Of a DNA stretch of 64,000 bases, positions 44,952 through 56,900 are shown piece after piece; positions within the stretch are counted from its first letter, which is position 1; each line of letters begins with the position of its first letter. Made by a program: the position numbers and the translations under genes. The DNA comes from Bugula neritina (Eukaryota; Animalia; Bryozoa), in NCBI GenBank assembly GCA_964035545.1, contig OZ037772.1, positions 11,716,818 through 11,780,817 on the forward strand, in the 5' to 3' direction. The notes under the pieces were generated by a model. The model saw nothing but the letters and a program-made list of their open reading frames with translations. It had not been told where the DNA came from and ran no database searches.

Positions 44952-47900
44952 ATGGCCGCTTCTCCTTCACTTCTCCTCTTCTTGTGTCTAGCAGTTGCTG
45001 GGTAAGTTATGAATATATTTATAATGTTTTTAATTATAAAACTTAAATCAATTTTAGCTTATTTAAATTATGATAATTATTGAAATACAATTTTAAAATA
45101 ATAAAAGTAATTACCTGCAGCCATGAATAAAGTACCAGGGAATATCTGTCACTATAAATCACGAAATCTCTATGCATACTTTCTATTTTCTTTAAATAAT
45201 TATACTTAAATTTTGATTAAGTTTAGTTCTGCATTTACTTAAAGTCTGTTATATTATAAAAATAAAAGGAAATTAAACACTGTTTGCTAATCTATATGTT
45301 GTCTTAGTTTACTTATTTTCAAAAGAAAATTAATTAAGAGTATGAAAGCGATTGCATCATAGAAACAACTTTTATGCCTTCTCTCAGCATGAGAACATAG
45401 TTATATAATTATAATTATATAGTATTTATATAATGTTGTAGAGCTAATGGGCTGTGGTGCTGTGGTGACATTGACACCAAGGTCACTTCACAGATAAAGC
45501 CTGTGACCCGCTCAAGGACCATTCAGATGACAGCCGTAGAAACCTATAACCTCAAAACAGGTTAGAACAGAGGCTAAACTCTAAATATAAAACTAATTTA
45601 CTATTAGAGTAGGCAAACTATCTTAATATACATTTTAGCTATTTATTCGAAATATATGAGCATGACTGTGCTGTGTTTTAAATTGAGATTTTAGCTACAA
45701 TGAAGGCATTCAATATAGCTTGTGTATGTCAAACAACAACGAAAATTGCCTTATAAGCAGCTGCGAGTTAGGGGAGGGACTATTTTAGCTTGGGGATCTC
45801 GAGTTTGGTGTTGGGGGACCTAACTCCAAACTTGAGACTCCAAACTAAATTCGTCCTTCACCCATAACTCGGAGATGCTTATAGAACAATTCCAACAAAA
45901 CCTCAGACAATAGCCTTTGTTTCTAGGCTATAAGATATGCCCCAACAATACGGTGGCTGAGAAGGACGTGCCGACTGGGCTAGGGAAGAACCCAGACAAC
46001 ACTGAGGAGAATAGAAAGAAAGTTTTTGGAAACAAGGGACGCTTCAACATCCTCGGTCTGCTGCTCAACGGCAAACTTGGTGGGTAGAAGACTTCACATC
46101 CTGTTTTAACTTTCTTGAGTTATTCCATTGGTTCAACTGAGTTTGATAAAACTGTTTATTTATAAACACAGCCACTTTTTTTGTTAAAAACCTAGACAAG
46201 AGCTTACAATATACTGCATATATATATTACAATTTTACGTTATGTTTTATACAGCATTGAGCATGGTAGCTTTTGTTAAAATATATTATATCATTTCATG
46301 CCGTATTGTGTGTGAGAGGTATTATATATCTTGATTGTATGAAACCATTAGAAACAATTAATATGCTGGCCATTAAGGCTTAATTATTGCTGTTATATAT
46401 ACACTTAGGTGTGCAAAAGGTTCTGTACGTGGTTTGTTTGTTGTGTGCGTATGTGTAAATGTGTGTGCGTATATTATATGTAACACATGAGTGTATACTA
46501 TATTATAAATACTTGCATACATGTTGATTATACACGTGACTTTATAAATTGCAGACAATGATGAGTATCACAGCTACTGTCCTGTCTATTCTATCAAAAC
46601 AAGGTAAATTAAACCATATATTACATAATCTGACAAGCTTGTACAGTATAGAAATTTAAATGTCAGGAGATATGAATTGTTTTATAGATAACTCTGCTGC
46701 TATTGGTATACAGAATGCATGTAAATATACTGATATTGTACTTTCAATTAAACCTATGTCTCAAATTTAATAGAATAATATGTCATAATATTGTATTTTC
46801 AAATTAAAGTGAGAAACTTTTTACAAATTTATTTTTAAAAAATGAGTTGAAATTGTAACAATTATTTTCCAAATTTATTTAGACGATTCAGTCGCAATGA
46901 GCGAACCGTTAGTAAATTATATTATGTACTCTGGTAGGCCTGTAGTAAATTATATTATGTAAATATGTGGTAGGCCTGTAGTAAATTATATTATGTACTG
47001 TGGTAGGCCTGCAGTAAAGTATATTATGTACTGTGGTAGGCCTGTAGTAAAGTATATTATGTACTGTGGTATAGGCCTGTAGTGAAGTATATTATATACT
47101 GTGGTAGGCCTGTAGTAAAGTATATTATGTACTGTGGTAGGCCTGTAGTAAAGTATGGCGTAGAATACTACAAGACGGCTGTGTTTGACGATGAAAAGGC
47201 TTCTTGTTCGGCCAATAAAAAGATTTGTTGTCGTGGTTACAAGCAAGTTGGAGAAAACTGTGTAGGTCAGTGAGAGAACAATTCTGGACATATTTTATGT
47301 CGACTAACAACTTTTTAAATAGCCAGTTTGTCACCTTTTGGCTGTGGGCCATTTTTTTCTAATTTCATAAAGAAAATACAAGCTTGTTTAAACTCTCAAT
47401 TTTAAGAGCCAAAAACTGTGCCTATACTAGCATGAATTACTTGAAGGCTCCTGCTTGAAACATATAAGAACAACTGCATGAACAGCTAGGTTTGTTCCCT
47501 GAAATCACCAATGACTTTGACAAGCTGTAAACCCATGATCTAGTGCATATATACTGTATCAATCTTACATTAAATTATATATATAATATATTGTTTTTAA
47601 ATACGTAAATTATATGTTATGTTTATATACGTATATATGTAATTGTGGTGTAATATATATGTGACATGAGTAGTATAATAAGCGCCTCTACGGCTATGGA
47701 AGTAAGCATCTCGCATCGACCAATTTGTCAACATAGTGTAGACTCTATGGCTATGGAAATTAGCATCTCGTTAACTATGTGAGCATTGTATTTGTTATTG
47801 ATGAATTAGCATTGTAAGCCTTAAAGTTGACAGGTGGTAGCTATTAAATTTAGCTTACGGTGAATACACCTTTTAACTAACTACGTAGTCAGAATCTCAC

Positions 47901-50900
47901 GTACTAAAACATTGATCTATGATTAGTTACCCTCGTTATATCACTGTTGTCACTTTGGTAAATTCTACACTCCGTATAATATTCAATAACCAAAAAGAGA
48001 TTTCTTTTCACCATGAGTTTATTTTCTTCAACAAAAAATGTCATAATAGAATATTACAGCTTTAAATTTTAACAGGATAAGAAGCTTGTTCAAAAATAAA
48101 AGGTAAGTCTACAATTTCCAGTTCTTTATTTAAAAAATTACTATATTTTTGATTAATGTAATTAAATATAAAAGCATCATTTGCGTATGTATCACAACAA
48201 TCATTTATTAAAGATATAATGTGTTCTAGTGAGAAACCTCTGGCTAAATGCGTTAACACAAAAATACAGTATTGTCCGCAAACTGTAGAAAATACAGATT
48301 GTAGCTGAGTGCTACTAAATTGCCAAGAGTCTACTGAATCAAATATAGCCGCAACCTCTGGCATGTTGTAAAGACCACTTCCAAAAGAGTCAAAATAAAC
48401 TCCTGTGTTATTTTCTGTCTTTAGAAACATCACCCAGTGCTCTCCCGGATGATTGTGAGGTTTAGTGTTTACAACTCCACAGCAAGGATAATCCGTCAAA
48501 CTACTACTAGGTATTCTATCGACTGGAAATACACCGATGAAGTTCATCTTTTTCACCCACTCATCGTTCTCAAGAATGGAATATATTTCTTTAGAATTCA
48601 TCACGCGTAGAAATTTGTAAGTACCGCTCTATTCTTATCAATTTTTATACCAGAGTCAAATTCGGAATAGACAATCACATTAACGGGTGTGTCAAGAGCC
48701 TGAGAAAACTTTAGCTCTAATCTTATTGTTCCTCGCTTCATCAAATGAAAGCAAGTGCTCAAATCTAGGTCAGGAGTTAAATCAAAGGCCATTAGACTGT
48801 AACCTTTCTCGTATTCCTCTCTATCTATATCTATTCCGCCATTGTTGAACACCTTTCCCGTTGATTCCAAGAGCGTAAAATAGTTTCTTAGAGTATTATG
48901 ATTTGTGTAGTCTGAAACCAATGCCTTCTGAGGTACTTGTTTCCCGTCAACGACTAGGTTTGTATATTTTAAATGTTTGTGCTGAAAGTTGAAAGGATTC
49001 AAATTGTACGCGCCTTCGAATGCACCAGCGTTTACAATACCTATAACTATCCTCTTAGGCAGAATACCGTGAAATAAATTTTCTTCGTTCCAAGACAATG
49101 AACCCAATGCGATATTGAATGACTTCATATCAACTCTTCTGATAGGATAAACGGCTGGCAATAGTTTCTTGTCTAAATTTTCAATGTGCTTTAATTGTAT
49201 TCCGCTATTGATTTTAACTTTTCGAAGGAAAAAAGATGCGTTTAGGATTTTTAGTTTGCAAGTAGAGTTTTCACCAGCCATTAGCACTAAGCTGTTGTGA
49301 TTCCTCACAAACTTTAATTTCATGTCTACTCCATTTAAAATGAATCGTCTTTGAAAGAATATGTCAGCGTGCGGTCTAACAATTAACTGCACAGTTTTAC
49401 TCTGCCCCGTAATTCGCCTTCTAGCTTCCAAGCCTTCATTATCACCACCAATGTGATCCATTTTTCCGGGTGTATCCTTTGAGTAGAGTGACATTGATAG
49501 TTGTGACTTTTTAGCTTCATCGGAGTAACTTAGTAAAGTTTCTATAAGAGCTCTGTAGTGGTAGAGATTAGAAGCGTTGGAAATAACTACATCATTTAGC
49601 ATAATTTCTACTTGTTGAAATAATGTGTGACCCAAAAGGTTTATAGGAGCCGCATCACCTTGAGCATCGAGATCCGTACCGTCAGCTTTTGTTATTTTCA
49701 CCTCTAATAATAGATAGCTTGAACTGAGGTCAAGGTAGTTGTTCGAATCACCAGAGATTGAGAACTTTATAGGTCCCTCATCATTCAGTGAGGTTGTGGG
49801 CATATGTTCTACGTGATATCCTTCTTCGATTGATGCTTGAGTAGGTAGTGTAGAAAATAAATCTAATTCGGGTTTGCCAGCGAGGCAGCTATGTTCCATT
49901 ATGAAACTCATAGTATAGTATTCTATGAAAAGATATCGCGTTTAGTAACCCTACGTCTTTTCACCTTTGAAGACTTGGAAGAAGTAACTCTGTTAGTCTG
50001 ACGCTTCCTTTTTTTATTTCGATTTCTGTTGGTGACGTATGTAATACCTTTAGTAATAACCTCTCCAGCCGCGCTGTTGACATTATCTTTAATTGACTCT
50101 CTGAATGGTTTACCGGATAAACTATCTCTGGCAATGTTTAGACCAGTATTTATTGCTGTCTTTCCTAAACTTTTTACACCTTGTTTTACAACAGGCAATG
50201 CTGCTTTGAGTATGTTACCAAATATGCTCCCTAAACCGTATCCTGTTTGATATTTTTCTCCTGAAAATATTGGAATCATTCCATTTCCTGATTGTTCATA
50301 TAACTGTCTATAGCTATTTGATGCGGCATCACAATCGAATGGAATTATTCTCATATTAGGTTTATAGGTTTAACTTTTCGAATATCTACCGTTACCACTG
50401 TACGTCCATGCGTGAATGGTACTCTTTCACCGTAATCCGTGTATATATAAATTGATACACTCGAAACATGCGTTTTATTTATTTTGCAGTACTGTACATT
50501 GTTAAAGTTAGTGGACTGCAACCTCCAATGACCATCCTCGACTCCTACAACTCTTAGTAGTTGAGCCTGAGTATCTCCAACAATACTAGATTCTGCTACA
50601 TCTGTATACACCATCAGGTTAAATATTGTATGTAATCTTATTGGAGTATTGTACTTGACCAAAATTGTGCCATCGGTCATTGATTTTATCTCCATTTTTT
50701 CTTCCTGTACATTAAGTATTTTCTCAAGAGATGGTGAGTATGTGATGTCTATAGAGCAACCTCTAACATTTTCAGCAATGACATAAAAATTCTTATTGAC
50801 ATCGTTGTAATAGAAATTAAATTTTACTTTCAGATTTAAACACTGGTCATTTATTGCTTGATTGATAGATTGTATTAGCTTTTTATCTGATTTGTAGTAA

Positions 50901-53900
50901 CCATCATCTAGATGCACTGTTTCTTCAGCTTCATTTACTTTTAAGGTTATGCTGCACTGTTTCACATTGAACCATGATTTATAAAATTGTATCTCACTCA
51001 ATCCGATCTCGTAAGAGCCATCTGTAAAATCTAAACTTTGAGGCAATTGAACTGTGTATACTGAAAGACTATTTTTTGGAAAATGCTTCAACGAAGCATT
51101 ACTAGGTAAAACAACGCGCATCTTTGTAAGAGTGACAACATATAAGTTTATTATCTAATTCTTATAGTTAAAAATTACATCTCTTTTATCAACATACGAG
51201 TCAAAACTTGGCGGATATCCAGCCCACCTTACAAGAAATTGTTTTTTACCATTTACAGTACGCTGACCAACAATTGACTCTATTTTATAGGTGTTGCTCT
51301 TGGTGTTTACTTTCTGCAATTCCGGTTCATACCATGTTCCTTCTAGCTGATCACCGCTGTCATCCGCGAGAGAATACACTGGAGGATTAGTAGTGTGGAT
51401 TTTCGCTATGGTAAAGATTTCTTCGCTCCAAGAAGGAAGGTATCCTTTTTTAAATACTGTACTATATTTCGATATTCTAACGAGATCTCCAACATTGTAT
51501 TTTAGTTTGTTAGTTTGACCACTCTGACTATCTGTGTATAGTCTATGCCAAATTTCTTCTTGATTGTTAACTGTCACATCATTAGGTGTTGAGTTATGAG
51601 CCGAGTGTTTCGAGTTATTGTATGATGATATTAGATCATTGAGAATGTCAAGATATCTGTGACTGTTTTGATGAGTAAAATATTTAAACAATTTAGCCTT
51701 TAGTGTTCTTTGCAGTCTTTCAACCATAGATGCTTTAATTTCTTGATTGTTGGATGAAAAGTGGTTTATGTTATATTCTTTCATTAATGCTTTAAATTGA
51801 GGGTTAAAGAATTCTTTGCCTCTATCTGATAAAATCATTTCTGGTGGAGTGTTGTTGTTTTCGTTTTCTATAATCTCCCTCATAGCTCTACTCACTTCTA
51901 AACCAGATTTAGTTTTGAGTGGTACACCGTAGGCTTTACGACTGAATGTGTCAATGCTTAATAGTATATACTTGAATCCATTATTTTCGGATGAAAACTG
52001 TTGGAGATCTGTTAAATCAATTTGCCACATGGCATTAATACCTGATACAATATACTTTCGTCTGGGAAAGTTTTTTCGCAAAGGTTTATGTAGGTTATAG
52101 CTGTCAGTTTTTTCAAGCCATCTATCAATTGCACCCTTGCTTACTTTGCCTTTTAATGATTTGTATAATTTTGCTTTACTACCAAATCCGGCTGGTTTAG
52201 AAATATTGAAATAGGTGTCTCGAATTAGTTTATCAGTATAGCTGGAGTCTGGATTTTGCTTTTTTCGTTTTCGCCTTGCCATCGTATGGATCCCACTCGC
52301 CTGATGACAATTTACTAGACTCTCTTCTACTTTTAGATTTCTCTTCGATAACGTTTTGATTAATGAGTAGTTTGGGTACATTGTAATCAATTAATACTTG
52401 TCTAAATTCTTTCCACCCTTCCAATGTTTTACCTTTCAGTTGACTATTAACCGCAAGATTTAATAGATCAGATAAATTGCTTCCGCGTAGTTGGTTGCCG
52501 TTAATAGTTACCTGCCCCGCATCATTTACAGAAACTTTACCATCTTTTTTCAGTATATCCCAAAGTTGACTCGCCTTTGTTTTAAATCTTTGAGGGATAG
52601 CTAGTAGTGGGTTATAAGATGTAAGACTTTCTGTTTCTTTTAGTTGTGGTTCACTATTCTTTGATAAAGTAGGCAACCTTGTGCTAGATATTTTCTTATA
52701 AGTAGTAGTTTTTAACTCTTGATAATTAGTCAACGCGTTGTTATAAGCAGTTACTTTCTTATTTTCTGATAGCGTGTTGTCATTTAAGATTTCACTCATT
52801 AGCTTATCTACGGCAAATAGTTCTTTAGTAATCAAAGGTTTGTTTCTCTCGACTTGTTGATAATCATTATTTTTGCTGACATCAGCATTTACAAATGAGT
52901 TGTGTTTTAGATCCGCGGCATCCACTAACAAGAATTTTCTAGCGCTTTGCGAATTCATCTTTTTCTAAAACCGCTGAATATTCCTTTCGCTAGTGGTGCT
53001 AGAACACTTCCTATTAGTGGTCCTAAAAGAGCCGAGAGAAACCCTCCTTTCTGTACCAGTGTTTTTTTAGTTTTCAGTGTACTCTTTTTATCAGCAATCT
53101 TTCTTAAAATATTTTTGTATTTACCTAAGTTGTTTTCTTCAGTAGGTGACAATGACACCTTGCCTTTTAATACGTTGTAGCAAATATCTGAGAAACAGTT
53201 CAACAGTTCACTACCCGCTGCGTTGATGATTGCTTTACAGTTGTGTTTGTCACATTCAGCTAAATAACTTAGAGTCTTGGCATGTTTTTTAATTCTAGCG
53301 GTCATGATTTATGTTAGCTTCAAGCTGCATTTCTTTGTAATGAAGTAGCGTTTCTGTTTGACAAATAGATATAGGTTTTCTCACCCGGAAATACACCTGT
53401 TCTAATGCGCAAATAGTCTTCTGTCTCTTGCCTGTAGTCTATAACCAAGTACCCAAAGGGGACAGAAGTGGCGTCTCGAAACGCTTCAACAACAAAATTA
53501 CTCTGGTTTTTAGGAAACATTTGTCTTGCCAAATAGGATATCTGGTTCACGTCTCTAGGGTTTTTAAATACAACAACATAAGAAGCGCTTCGAGACATTG
53601 TTCTCATGTGAGAGTTGTCTTGAAACAGATTCTGTGTTATAAATATTACGCTTATGTTGCGATGGTGACTGTGCTTAGTAAATATGTTTTCAATATTCTG
53701 ATCTATTTCACTCATTAAATCATCAAATATTATCAAGTTTTTTATATTTTTGTTTAATTCTTGTATATCGATAACACCTTGATGAAACTCAACGTTGTTG
53801 TATGAGCTAAACAGTGGCTGCCACTCACTATAACAATATATTATTTTTTCAGGTGGAGGTGATATCATTGTATGACTGTTGGTAATCAATTTCCTTACCC

Positions 53901-56900
53901 ACTGAGTTTTACCAGCCCTTGAAGGACCAGCTACAATTGCTGAAAATGTATGGTAGAAAGGTAAGCTCATGATGTTAACTGTATATTCCGAGAGTTTATT
54001 CCCAAATAATTGTATCAAGTAATGTACAAAAATATTAATAGGCATAAAAAAGTATAAATAGATTTAGGCAAGTTCAGGCATGTTTAGGCATGTTTAGGCA
54101 TGTTTAGGCAAGTTTAGGCAAATATACACAATTATATACAAAATAAACTATTGTACATTGTTTTGTTTCTCGAGAGCTATTCCCAAGTTCCATTGGATCT
54201 GTTGAATAAAATATTTCACTGCGAAGTGTTCTCCAGCCTCGATATACATTTTGCAAATTTGCACGCACAAGAAAAATATTGTTTCTAAGCGAATAGCTGA
54301 GATATTTGGATCAGTCAAATCTTTTGCCACTTTACAAAACTGAACGTAACCGTTAGTCTCGTACATATCCTCGGCTAGTTCGACCAATTCATTTATTTCT
54401 TCCTCACTCCAATTTTGATGTTTATTGTACATGTCCAAAACGGTTTGCGTTATACAATAGTTAACGTAATGTTGTCTACTCATTTTCGAAAGCTTGTACC
54501 ATATATAATTATAAGCGTTTTTCTGTAATAGGTATAAATTTTCCATCGTAGAATATTGATTGATGCGACCTATCAACCGAACAGTGAAATACCAATTAAC
54601 TGAACGCGCTAACTGAACACAGTTTTTTTACAGTAAAGTAGGTTTGGTTGTCACGTGATCTTGTGACACAATTCTCTTTCCGTAAAAATAATTTAAAGCT
54701 TTTCGATTTTGAACGTACGTGAATATTTCTTCACCTTTTACTCGAAAACCCTTGTTCGTACCGTAAGCAATTTTCTGATTTATCAATACATCGAAGTAAT
54801 CTTTTTCGGTATAGTTGTTGTGCAATTTACTGACACCTTTTGAACTGTATTTAGGTTCTTCCCCGAAACAATAGTAACATTTGGAGCAAAGCGCTACAAC
54901 ACCTCGGGAGACATTTTCGCAGTGAAACAACCCCAAAGATCTTTTGTGGAACTTGGCACTAGCTTTACAACAGTCTAATGGATTCCAGGTTTGCCCGTTA
55001 AACATACATTGAAAATATTGTGACTTGTGTTCATCGCAATATTCTCTACACATCCAACTAGTGTGTTCTTGTTCAAATTCATTTCTCATATCACTTTTAA
55101 CCGCTAGGTACAAAGTTTTTTCACTTAGAGCTAAATACATTGAGTCAGTGTCCATTTGAATCAAAGCAAAACTGTCTAGAGATAGAAACTTTAACAAGAA
55201 ATCGTAATAGAATTTCAACATGGCTAGCTTTGCATACTCTAATACTTGAAAGCCAATTTGTACTGGTACATTGAGTCTAATCTTAGCTTTTCGTGATTCA
55301 ATTTCAACTAGTTGAGAATCAATTTCTTGTAAGCTGTTAAATCTAGGATTGTTTACCAGTCTTGAGATGTTTGTCTCTTCAGCATCACAATATATGATAT
55401 CAGTGTGACTCTCCAGGTTGACTAGTGTTCGGCCATACGCAGAGTTTCCTGAAATATAGCGAAGTGGATTATTTTGAAATATATTGAGTAATTATTCAAT
55501 GCAAAAGTTATCGCTCTTGCTAGATGCTTAAGTGATTTGCATATTAATAACCATTGAATAAGTGCTATGTCTAAACATGTCAATATTTACTAAATACCTA
55601 TTAGTTTGCATGAATCCGATATAATCTTCTTTGAGGAATCGAGGTCACCAGCTCTCCTGGCCTCCATTACCTTTTCACCAAACAGCTTGAAGCATTTTGA
55701 TGGCTTGTATTGAATTACTTGATATACTTTTGTAACCACTAAGCCGTGTTGTAGGTACCATTGCAGTAGCGGGGTGGACAAAAGGATTTTGTTCCCGAAA
55801 TAGCTACTGATTAAAGTACGTGATGGCTTTTTTAGTAAACCATTTCGTTCTGCAAATTGTTTCATGTGTGGGCCTATGTCATCCCTTGATATCAGTACAT
55901 TTTTTTGTATAGGTTGATATTTAGCAAATATTGTTTTCAAGTCTTCAGGTGTTTCTATATCAACTTCAGCCATTCCAAACATTGAACCATTTTTGATTTC
56001 TTCTAGTATTTTGCTTTCTGATATTACGTATCTTGAATCAACAATGAAGTCCAGATTTGAGCAGAACTCACTGACATCACTGTTTTCCTTTTTCAAATTA
56101 TCAAATTCACACTCCCAAGTATGGTAGACTCTGTAACCCAAATCTTGGAAATATTTCAGCGTATTGTATGTGTCTATTTGATTTTGTAAATCTTTTTCTT
56201 TGTTATTAAACTTTCCATTTGGACAATAGTCGCATAGATGTCCGTGAAACCAGCATCCTGAGTAGTTGAACACTTGTTCACTACCATCACTCGCCAGAGC
56301 GTATCCATCGACTGGTATGTTTCGTCCACCTATTCGACGTTCGGTGCTATTAAACTTGTGTTGAATTTTGACTCCGAGCAGCTTTGACATGTATTTTAGC
56401 CATACTGTAGCTTTTTCACCCGAATAGTAGCTTTTTTCTATTCTAAAGCTATTTTCTCTCCGCCTTCTTACAAAGGCTCCTGTGGGCATATCTTTCACTA
56501 GGCAACTCAAATATAAACTTGTCGCATCATACCCTACACATGTTTGCGTAGTTTTGGCTTGATCACCAAAGTATTCAGGTTTAATCTTTGTTGCGCCAGC
56601 TTCTTGATACCTTGAGAACACAATTGATAAACCACCTCTAATGTTTGATTTGATAAGTTGGTGAATGTCTTTAAACTTATCACCAAACAGAAAGATTGGC
56701 GCTTCTGGGTCTTTTAATTGAAATAAATATTGAATCGCTAGTCCTGGTATAGATATAGCTGACTTGAAATCAAGATTGCATGATTTGTAAAATTCATTTT
56801 GCTTTTCTAATGCTGGTATAAAGTGTCTGACATCTTCGTTATTGTAGTACTCTAGTAAGTCTTTTAATGTTTTCATTCCTTTCTGCACCCATATTTCTTT

